Source: an uncultured Gammaproteobacteria bacterium
Lineage (GTDB): Bacteria; Patescibacteriota; Microgenomatia; UBA10105; UBA927
Direction of reading: 5' to 3'
Length of the DNA: 64,000 bases
NCBI GenBank assembly: GCA_964361785.1
Contig: CAYIBX010000002.1
Span: 21,160 to 85,159, forward strand
Of this stretch, positions 27,201 to 39,200 are shown in pieces. The notes beneath the pieces are model-generated. The model made no database searches. It saw only the letters and a list, made by a program, of their open reading frames with translations, and had not been told where the DNA came from. Made by a program: the position numbers and the translations under genes. The number at the start of each line of letters is the position of its first letter. Positions within the stretch are counted from its first letter, which is position 1.

Positions 27201-30200
27201 TTACCAACAGGTACCGGCAAAACTTATGCTACAGCGTTTGTAGGACTTATGGAGTCGCTTCGGGGACGTCCAGTATTGGTTAGTTCTGCAAATGCTGACT
27301 TGGCAGAGCGAGATCTGAAAAATGTATCAGATTTGTTTACTGCATTTGGAGTGGTTTCGGGAGTAGCAGGCAAAGGACAATATTTAAATCTTCAAGTTCA
27401 AATCACCTATGGTAAATTATCTGATCTAGTTTCATCGTACTCACAGGCATTGCGGCAAGGGATAGACATTCCGATAGCTCAATATGTGTTGATACCTGAT
27501 GAGGGTGATAAGAGTTTACTTCAAGAAGCATTAACTCCCATTGTTATGTCTGAAAGTTTTGGAGATCAAGCAAAGATTACAGATGGAGAAGGGCGACTGC
27601 TCGTTTCTCTCGCCAGAAAAATGCGTAATTGGTCAGGTGATGAATTATATTTGGAAACGGAAATTTCTGATAAGCGGTTGTCTGCCTTGACCCCAAGGGC
27701 TATTGAAGAATTAGCCATGTTGAAGCCGGATTCGCTCAATCAAGATGAATTTAACAGGTATGTTGAATTTGCCAGACAGGCGACGCTTATGACAGAAGGT
27801 ATAGATTATCTTTATGATCCTTATACAGAGGAAATTACCCTTTTGGATAGCGAACAGATGTCTGACTTGGATAAAAAGTTTGAGTCGTCGCTTCAACATG
27901 CGTTGGAAGTCAAACATGGGAGAGCGCATAATTTTTCGGATGTTCATGATGTAGTTGTCGACAAACATACGACGATGGCATTTGTACGACAAGTTGGTAA
28001 AGTGATTGTGTTTACAGCGACAGCATTTGATGAAATAAAAGAATTGGACACATATTATGAACTAGACCTTGCATCAATACCAAGTCCACTTTTGATATCT
28101 CTTGCTAAACAGAACACAGAAGATTCACTTCGATTAGTGCAGTTTTTCCATGCTGAAAGTAACCAGTGGATCTACGCCATTGCACAACGGCAGAATAATA
28201 CATGGGTATTAATTGAAAAAAATCGTGTGGATTATGCACCGAGATTTTTTGTAACTGACGATGCAAAAAAAGAAGGAGTTCTACAAGATGTGAAAGACAT
28301 TCAAACAAATAATCAAGCGGTACTTATTGCAGCGAAAAACGAGGGGTATATGGAAACGCTTGCTGAGGCGATTCCTAATGCGTTAGTCATATCGGAACGT
28401 AATCAATCAAAAAAACAAGAAAGCATACTACAGGCATCAGGTAGTCGTTCAGTCGCTATTGGGACAGCAAACATTGGACGTGGTATTAACTTTCAACCAA
28501 GTCAGGCTTTGCAGGAAGCTGGTGGATTTTTTGGCATGATTACCAGCATTTTAAAGCCAAGCACCTTGTCACAAGTGCGTGGTCGTGTCGCTCGATTAAC
28601 AGTACCTCAGCTTGATTCTTTGTCGTTGCGCGCGTGGGGTGCAACGCGGCAATACCTTTCATTAACTGATCTAAAGGAAGTTCTTGGTAAAAACGACCCT
28701 CGGATATTACGGTTAGAGTATCCTTCTGGCGAAATATTGCCAACAGATAAACGATATAACACGCTTCTTTCATTGCTTACAGAAGCGGAACAAAAGCTTC
28801 AGCAGCAGGAAAAAGTTGCTCGTGATTCTCAGTTTCATCTTGACCATACGTCAGATCGTATTACGTCAACCAAGCGCGCTTTGGCACTCTCTGGATTTGG
28901 CGCTGCTCGTCAGACATACGATTGGATGTTGCGTCGGTTAGCTCAGTTACCAAATCAGAGTCAGGCAGCAGTATATCGAGAACAGATAGAAGCAGCATGG
29001 AAACAGTACTTGCTTGATCTTGAGTACTTGAAGACCACCGCATGGTTAGGAGTGATGGAGGAAAAAATTGAATTTGATGTGTTCTATCAGAAAGAGTCAG
29101 CGAGTTTGTTGCGTCAGATGATTACGACACTTTCTCAAGAAGTACCGGTAGAAGTCTTAACGCCGACTATAAGTATATTAGAAAACGATACTTGTGCAGG
29201 ATCACGTGGAAATTGTGTAGCTGAGGCTCTATTAACTGAGCGTGCTATCGATTCAATTCTTACCAGTAATCTTTCTGTGGTGGATAAAAGTAACTTGCTT
29301 GATGGGTATATCCCAAGTAAGGAAGCAATGCCAGCTCATCAATACGCACAGCATGTAGCTATGCTTGAGCTTGCAAAAACTCAAATTAATCCAAAGATGG
29401 GACAAAAGGCGTCTCAAATAGTGACCTCTGCGATGCAGTATATCAATGCAATACTCGATGGGAATATTACTGTTGCTGATAGGGATGTAACAACAGCTGT
29501 AAAGAAGCGAATGCAAAATATTATAAATGCATTGCAACTGAAGGTGGATTTTGAATCTAAAAATGCAAAAATACGAATAGTAATTACCACTGAGCAACCA
29601 CCTGATCGATTTGCAGCTATCCGTGCTTGGATGCCAGCGCCAGAGACAATTCTTCAAAATCCATTTTTGAAATGGGCGACGCCATTTTTTGCGAGACTTG
29701 GATTGGGTGTCGTACCTCCTTCAAGAGATAATAGTGAAGCTCGAATTGTGATTGATCAGCAGCAACTTTCATCAGGAGCTGATTCAAATACAATAGCACA
29801 ACTTAGTTTGGATGATTTTTTGAAACAGTTCTCTACTATTTCACAGTTGTCATTACAAGGAAAGCGTTTTGAACTTACTGGTCAAATAAGCGTAGAGTCA
29901 CTTATTCGTTTACACACAGAATTATCGTATGAAGCTACCGTATTACTTCTTAAAGACGGGAGACGCATATTGATTGTCGGTAACGAAGAATTTGCAGCTA
30001 AAGAGACGTCTGTAGATAGTTTACTTACAGAATTCGGTGAAGATCAGATAGTTTTGAAGCTTCATTCACATATCGATACAGATCATACACCTATATCTAT
30101 AGGAGATCTTGTCGCGTATGAAGAAATTTTTGGAACACATGTTGTTATCAATGATGATGGCATCATGACATACGCAGTTCCAAACGAGGCCAAGAACGAA

Positions 30201-33200
30201 GACATGAGAGATTATGCTATGGAATTAGTGCAACAAGCGCTTACCAAACAAGGAAGTGGGCTTACAGCATTTAATTTATTATTTGACGACACTTTAGAAT
30301 TTACGAGATTACTAATTATTGAATTACCTAGGGGTAGTTATCAAGAGGATAGTAACGCTGTTATTGAGTTATTTAATAGAAATACTCGAGGAATTAATGA
30401 GCAAAGTGGGGTAAATAAGGAGCAAATCCAATCCGCCGCAGAACAGGTCATGGATACGGTAGAAAAAGTTGCTGAAGTTACCGATCCAACCAAAGACAGT
30501 TGCACCAATTGTCTCAAATTTGCCCACGATTTGCGAGTGTTTCTGGAGAAAGCGTTAAACAAGGATACGCCCGCACGTGAGAAGAGAGAAGCTCTTCAGA
30601 GTGCAAAGAATCTTGTTGACCAACATAACAATGCCAAAAATAGAATTGTGTTAGAAACAGAAGATGCTCTGGCGGAGGTGACAGAGGGAGAGTTGGTTGG
30701 TACAAAAGAAGAATGGGAACAGGCGATTTCAGCAATTGATGAAGCGCTTTCAGAAATTACCAAAGGGTATGATGCGCAATCCGCAGAAGCAAAGGCGATG
30801 CTTACTGCGTTGAAGACGGATTTAGAAAAGTTATTGGGTGCTATCCGTTTTGCGATTATTGCCTCTCCAGCCCCAACTAACAAACTCAATAGTAATAACA
30901 TCAAAGCTCTGAAACTTTCCAATCCTATTTTGAGGTCTGATGGGGATTATCGACAAGCGGCAACTGTAATAGCAAAAGATATCGTAGCGTTTCTCTCTGA
31001 GCTCAAAATCAATTCAGTAGATACAAGTAATAGTCCAGACATTGCGACCTTCATCACTGAGAGGGTAACGCGAGCGGGTATTTCATCAACAGGCGTACAA
31101 TCAACATTTAACGATTTCTTAAGCGACGCCATTCTCGTTGAAGCTGCTAGGCAAGGACTAAATGTAGCGGTTGTTACTGATATACCCCATGAAAACAAAA
31201 AAATCAGAGCAAGAATATCTACTAAGTTCAAACCAAATCTCATAACAACAATCACGAGTGCTTTCAAGAAACTATTGTTAGGCCAGCAACCCACTGAATC
31301 CACTCCCTCATTCTTCCTTCAGCTTTCGTTTGGTTCTACGGGTTCCGAGACACAAGATTTTCAAAAGAATACTTGGTTTTATAACGAATTTTTACATCAG
31401 ATTAAAATTTTCAACCCAGAAAGCTCTCAGATTGAGTATTCCTATTATTCCGGTGAAGTCAATGAGCCAAATCTTGGAGCACCATTAGAGGGTATAGTTG
31501 CAGCTATTCGTAATTGGGCTACGTCATTTTTTGGGAGATTTGGATTGGGTGTTACATCTTCTTTAGAAGATACTGGCGTTCCTCGCATTGTTATTGATGC
31601 AGAGCAGGGGATAGTACTAGAATCACCAATAAAACCAAAAAATCTCCTTTCGGAGATTTTGGTACGCCTAGCAGGTTTGCGTATTGACTGGTCTGATAAC
31701 CTAACGAAAAGGTTACCATTTATCTCACCGTTTGTCAAGTTTTTGGGTGTGGACTCGCCGAGAGTTGAACTCGGTAGACTTGGGTTATCAGACCAGTCTA
31801 GCAAACCTGCCGAGCCCACACCAAAATTAAGTATAGCACAGCAATTCCTCAACGCCATTTTGCCCGCCAATGCACCATGGGCGCGGCCAATACGCGCCTT
31901 TCTTGGCAGGTTCTCACCAAGCTTTTTGACACCACCTCCTCCGGCTATACCGGAACCCACAGGCTTGTCTCCACCATTCTCAGAAAATGATTCGTTCCGT
32001 ATTCAGCAGCGGGAATCCGTGGCAGCGACTATTGTACAGGCATTTCTTACCTTTACCGGCAGGAGCCCTGCTGATCCGTTGGCAAACACATTCAAAACAC
32101 TTCTTTTGGGTGATCCTGCGGTTCTCACACTGTTTACCGAACATTTTTTTGATCCATTACATCAAAAGTCGTTGCCTCCGCTTACCCGCGATATGTTTGA
32201 CAAAAAAGCCTTAGCACAGTTGTCTGATCCCGATATTTGGTTAGCAGAGATGAATACAGCAGGACAAACGCCACAGATGACCTATCGATCTCAAGTATGG
32301 TTACTGTTGGAAGCACTCGGTTGGCGAGTGCTCAGGGTAGATGATGTCCAAGAACTTTATAACGCCAATAATACCGCCAAAAACGTACGAGATCAGCATA
32401 CGATAGGCGATCATCTTCTCAAAATGATTATGGGGATATTTGATAAAGCACGAGACACGATAGATGACGGATCCCGTCAGTATGCGTATCTTCGTGTCAC
32501 GGGGGACAAATATGCCATCATCGTACGGGATATAAACGCGGTAAAAAATGCATCCAACCCTTTGGCACAAGCGTTTGATACGTTGCTGTCTAATCAAAAG
32601 ATGTTGTATCAAAAGGATCGTATAGTATCACTCCCGATAGGACTTCATACATCATTTGAAGAAGAGCTTAGTCTAGAAGATCTGACTCGCATTGACAGGC
32701 AGAAATTTATGCAGGCAGCAAAAAATCAGAAACCGTATACAGGAGAGCAGCTTCAAAATTATCGAAAGACGCACCCTAGGCTCAATGCTATTTTAGACTC
32801 TATTGATACATTAGACACAAATGATGAAGGATTTAAAACGTTTTTGACACAGGTGGTGGCGACGCTGATGGTAGATGATCTGCTTGAGGATACAGCTAAC
32901 GATGTGCAGTCGGCATTGCAGAAAGAAAATCCCGATGAAACACTTCGTGTGTTTCCTGATGTCGCTAGTGTCATTGAGACGGTGCGTACAACCAAAGGCT
33001 ACGGGAATGCGGTGCGCATGTTGCGAGTCGGATTTGCGGGAGTCTTAAAGCATGTCAATACAGATTTTGAAAAAACTCTGGGAGATGCGGCTGGCGATGA
33101 GCTGATTAAGAACCAGTTTCGCCCTGTTGTCGAGTATGTGACGCGGGAGATCCTCCGAAAGACGGGGATCACGGCACAAATCGTATTTCATCCATCGGCT

Positions 33201-36200
33201 AATGATTTTATCATCATGCTGCCGCAAGGTACTCTGGTCGATATCGGAGTGCTCCGTACCGCGTTAGTAAACGCGCTCAATGATCTTTCTATTGGGGGTG
33301 TTTCGTATTATTCTCATCCTTCTTTGTCTATAACAGATGTAGTATTTACAGATGTGGGGTCGCCTTTGGAGCAAGAGGCGGAAAATTTTGTACGTATAGA
33401 TAACGCGTTTGCAGTGCTGGGGGAAGCATCTAATCAAGACGCGCTGAGTTCTATAGATACTCATTTCTATCTAAATGGATTGCCGCAGCAGGGTTTGCCC
33501 GTGCACCATTGGGACTGGCTGAGACGCTATCTTTCTACCAATGTCGTATTAGAAAAGCGCGGACCAATTCGATTGGCAGAATTAGGGGTTACGGAAAAGG
33601 AACGATTGAAACTAGTATCAATTGAGCCAGAAAATAAGTTTGAAAAAGACGAAGATGTGTTAGCCGCCGCAGCATGGCAGAAATCGATCGGTGGATTTGT
33701 AGAGAGGTATGCCAAAAAAGATTTGCCTTGGTGGCAGAGGGCGTTGAAGTGGGTGAGTGATCGCATACCAACTCGGGGTGCTCCAGCCACACCGATACCA
33801 GGTCAAGCGGTGGTGCAGTTATTAGCACCATTTGCAGGTGGTGATCATTTTATAGATTTGCCTCGTGTTCAATCAGCTATTTTTCATCCAACCAGTGCGT
33901 CGCAAGGCACATATGTTCTTGCTTTAGCATCAGGCGAAACTGCGACAGTGAACGGAGTTGCATTATCTTTAAGTGAGCGCATGGAGCTCAATGATCTTGA
34001 TGAAATCTTGATAACAAGAGGTGACTTGCGAGTTCGAGGTGTAATATTTTTCTTTGGACCGTTGGAACCATTGTTTATCCAAACCAGAATTCCAGTACTT
34101 GATGAGACCAAAGAGAAGCAGTTTCCAAGAGAGCAAATAGAGCAACAGTGGAAGCTCATAACTGAAGCAATAAAGAGAAGAATACCGGAAAATCCCCAAT
34201 TACAAAAAGTTATGTTAGCTTTTGAAGCTCGACCTGTAAGTGAAACCATGCCGCTCGAGATGATTCAGGCTGCTGCAAGCGTGGATCAATTAATCCAACA
34301 ACTGTACACGAGATATACGTCTACACTTGTTGCTTATTTATCATTATCGAAAGTACCGAGTGAGGTTATTGGTTTGGACTTACACAAAGCGCCAATTTTA
34401 GAAAACATGTCGTGGTATCGAGAAAAGGATACATGGTCGTACATACTCCATGAGGCAATAAAAATCGATCCTGAGCTCGCATCAGTATTTAAACCATCTC
34501 AATCATACGTTATCGCCAGTTGGTTTATGAATCCGACGAAATATTTGTTACCGACCGTTGATAACCCGAATATCGACGTTGAGCAGTTGTTGTTGGCAAA
34601 TGAGACAATTAAACGGGGGACGGCGTTATTTACCTCAGATACATGGAGGCAGTTACGGGATAGCATTGACTACCATGAAGCAACAACAAAATCAGAGGAG
34701 TTGATGGGATTGGATCCGTTTGAGTTTCATATGATAGCGCAGCGGTATCGCTTTGCTCGGGAAGTAAAATTATTAGCACTTTCTGCAGAATTAAACACTC
34801 AGGCCTCCGATATAGCTCCTGGAAAACCCACACGCCTTTTAAGCGGTGTTGAGGTTACTCTTATAGATGCTTTGCTTTCCAAATCAGTTGATTTTTTGAA
34901 TCCACAAGTATGGGAGGGAAAAACATTAATGAGTTCTAGCAACGATAGAATTTATCGGATTACCGTTGCAGGCCGAGAGTATTTGCTTAAGGAACAGCGT
35001 AGCGCAATGCATCAGAACAGGATTCTTCAGGGTCCGTTCATGGATCGCAATACCAGTCAAATAGAGTTTGAGACGGCTGAGTATATGCGCGAACATGCTG
35101 TAGGCGAGTATGGAGATATCCACGTTAATTGGGAGAGTCCTGTAGGGTTTGTGACATTCCCTGATGGGTACCAATTTGCGGTATTTTTGTATGAGAAAAA
35201 TTTGGAATCACCTGTTACCGATTTTGTCGGTATTCGCAATATGGAAAATAGTAGAGTAAGTGAAATCTATTTGAGAGAGGAAGATACCATTAAGAAATTG
35301 GGCGACGTAATTGTCGCACATCGTGAGCAATTTGAGGGTGAGTTTCAAGCAAGTATTGAGGGATTATCAGAGGAGATAACATTTGCAGACTTTGCAAAGT
35401 CAAAGGCACGATTGATGTACGAGGACGCTGTTCTTTTGATGGAGTTTCTTCCTATTTCTCAAGGGTATTACGTAGGCGATCTTGACGGGTATGATTTTCG
35501 TATCGTTACCAATCCGCGTGTAGCGCTCGAAGTGGTTGGATTTGATTTTGAGATATTTTATCGTTTTGATGGAGAGAAAATGCCAATTGGGTGGGATTAT
35601 CGTACTCAGGAATATATGTATGAGTCCAGAACACAGAAAGAATATTTACAATCATATCTGGATAATTTTGTGACATATAGAAACGGAAGAATATCTGCGG
35701 GGCTATCAAAGAATCTTGATGATGGTGGATCACGCGCTGTATACAAAGTGCTCGTGCAAAAGGATCAAACACAGATGGACATGATCTCTGAAGTGGAGCA
35801 GATGATTAAAGAGCAATCTACTCCTGCCCGTTCTGGTCCGCGACGATTTAGTATCACAGAAGAAAACAAATTACCAGAACTCATCGTCACAAATCCATCG
35901 AGAAATGCATGGTATGAGGAGGTCATGCAAAGAGTAAAAAAATGGTGGGGAGATCGGCAAATTTTATATCTCATACCACCACAACTACAGCCATTTGTTG
36001 GTTCATCTGATGATTCAAATAAGGGAAATGCTGCAAATATAAAGAAGCCTATCACAACAGGGATGCGTTCGGCTATATCTTTCATAGACCAATTATCCCA
36101 ACAACAGCAAGGGAAGGTACAGACAATTCTACAGAGTCGTGAATTTTTTGATTCAGTATTAGTAGGAAAGAGTAATGCTGGAGAATACCTTCAAAAGAAA

Positions 36201-39200
36201 ATTCAACTACTTGTGGGATCACAGCTTACTGTAGGAGAGATTGATGAAATCATTGCGTCCATCCTACAGGAGTATCAAATAGGATGGCGAGTACAACGAA
36301 GGATTCAGGAAGTCCAATCTGGATTGTACCAGCCATATTCACAAGTTGTTTTCAAACAAAAACCTTTTCGACTACTCATAACATACGATTCAAATAATAT
36401 AGATGAGATAAAAAACGGAACGACGCAACAGAAGGAATTTACGTTGCCAGAAGAGTTTATACGTACTGTTCGTCAACGAGGGTATAGTATAGCCTCGGCA
36501 ATGATGATACCGAAGAAAAATGGCGGACTCATGACGGACGTAAGTCAAATTATTGCTGGGATAGCAGCGGCATTGGATGATGCAGATAGTTCATTGGGGA
36601 ATGATCAACGAAGTGTATTAAATATATTGAGTGTAAATGGAGATAATGCTGGCGGGCAAGTATCTCCACTGGTGCAAGATTTTTTTCAAGCTGGGGGTCG
36701 CCCTGAAGATTTACCTCGTTTGTTTACACATCTTCTCGCACTTAACTACAGCCGATATGAAATGTATAAAGATTTTTGGGAACCCGTATTAGCAATGTAT
36801 AACAACACTATTTTACCCACGTTACGTACAAAGGTAGGGGATCAAGCGAAAGGGTTTGATGATGTAACACCGGATAGTATATTTTGGTCGGAATATGAAG
36901 ATCGTATAGGAGTGCTTGGGTCTTATGGCGTTTCATTTGATCTCAAAAATGCTGGTACGTCATATTTTTCGATTTCACCCCAACTTTCTCGTTTAGGAAG
37001 TAATATTGCTACAGTTAGTCATTTTGATAACTCCTCTCAATATCAAACGGTACGAGATGGGCGAATACCTTCTGCCGAAAGAAATATGGCGTTAGGCGTG
37101 TTGATGCATGAGCATATACACGAACAACGCCGACACGAACTAGGAACCATATCGATTCCAATTGGTGATGCGCAAGCTGTCGGTATTTTAGAAGCTCTTA
37201 CCGAGGATGAACAGGTGCGATTAACGGATGAGGTTTATGCTATACATCCAGAGATTTATGGTGCATATGCACGATCTTCCACATACGAAGATGAGCGTGC
37301 TATTAACTCAAAATTTACAGAACTATTTTATATACCAACATCCGTTCAGGAAACATATGCGCGTGCACAAGACCCTATAGGATATATCCAATATATGGAT
37401 CAGCGATTGCATAGCTTGACTCAAGAAGAATATAACAGCTTTATTACACGTCTCTATACTCGTATTCAGATAGGACCGCTACAACGAGATCTACTACTAC
37501 AAAAGCGTGCCGAATCTATCCTTGATATTCGCGAAATGGTAGTAGCTTGGCAAGGATCTTTTTTGCAAAATGTTCAAAATTTGCAAGATATGCAGGATAT
37601 ATCTGGCATTCCGATATCTATAGCAAAGACACAAGATGGTTTGTCACACTGGTGGGAACAAGAGCACTTAGAAGCGCTTATTGAAAACGGATATTTACCC
37701 CAGATTTATTATAGCCAAACATGGGCAGGAAAATACTTGATGAATTTCCAAAAATTAGAAGAGCAAGGACAAATATCTCCGCCTTGGTGGCAGCGGGTAT
37801 GGGGCAATGTGAAAAAATGGTGGGGAGATCAGCAGGTGTTATATCTTGTGCCTCCGCAGTTGCAACCGCTTGATGGTTCATCAAATAGTTTTAATCAGAG
37901 AGGTTCAAATACTATGACTACAATTGAACTCGCCGATGAAGCACCAGTAGCGCACATGCAGCAGTTGTTTCGTAACGACGCCAGTCGTGATTGGCGGGGA
38001 ATTACTGATTTTGATATTCGAAATATTACGGATGGGTCTTCCCGAGCGTATATTGCGAAAGATATGCAAAGTAATCCTGTGGGACTGGCAATTGTGAATG
38101 TTTCACTCGGAAATCCTGACGTACAAGGACAGGTTGCATTATCTGAACTAGCTGTACTTCCAACTGCGCAAGATACTGGGATTGGGACTCAGCTCGTTTT
38201 ACATATACAAACTATTTATCCGTCTATACGATTGCAAATAGGAGAAAATTTGGGTATTCCGAAAGATATTCAGGCGGTTGAAAACACTTCGCGTAATTAT
38301 TTGATACAACAAGCTGAACGGCTACGTTCGTTTTATGAAAATCTTGGTTTTCGAGAAGTTCCTAATTCAATAGGCGGTATGGTTTGGGATGCAACGCAAA
38401 AAACATGGCTCCAAACCCTCGTGACATCAGATTTTCTCGAGTCTTTGCGTCCTGCATTGGAGCAAAAATTAGATGGGAAACCAATCACCATAGATGATTG
38501 GGTAGCGGCAGTGGAGGGGACGAAGGAGTATCAGGCACTTCTTACCAATAGCCCTAATGTAGATGAAATTTCACTTCATGAATATCTTCTCCCCGTACTC
38601 AAAGAACGACAGGAAGTACTTTATGAAAATAATTCCAAAAAAATTCATCAAATTTCGAATGTAAATTCATTATCAGATATATTTGATCAGTTGAAGCTGA
38701 TGGTAGACAAAATTGTCGCAGTGTATGTATTCGAGATTTCAAATATAGCGACGTACGTGGTGGGTAAAGTTTTTGATGAAATAGGATCAGGTTATTTTCA
38801 GGCAATGGAAAACACGCCGCGTTTTGGGCAATTCATGGATTGGTATAGTGGTTGGTTGCACGGTATACCAAATTTCTTTATTCCTGGAATATTTTATTTT
38901 TGGTATCTTTCTAGTTTTGCAGGAGCATTATGGTTTTTGGCATTGGTGACGTTCATTCAAAGAGCTGTGAGAGGATTTGATATAAGAATTTTAACGATTC
39001 AAGAAAAAATATTTGAGAATGGTTTGTCAATACTAGCGATGCTTATTGGAGGTATGTATATTGAATGGCATTCGCATGGAGAAGTTATTGAAGGTATATT
39101 TTTAGATAAAAATGACTGGGGTCAATATATAGCGGCAATTCTTGTCTTTGTGGTAACTCCGTATATATATTCAATATTTCAATCAAAGGGATGGTCTATA

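Noticed and set aside
6470-28650. Calling the two ATPase modules bona fide SecA translocases.
   Set aside because: Motif order resembles SecA strongly, but I cannot run an HMM or see a preprotein-crosslinking or C-terminal SecA wing/scaffold domain. I report them only as SecA-like / SF2 DEAD-motor modules.
30325-30345. Single TTACCTAGGGGTAG unit inside the giant gene as a copy of the 9-bp repeat family.
   Set aside because: Only one unit with no tandem or palindromic partner. I could not exhaustively scan the 40 kb gene by eye, so I did not count it.
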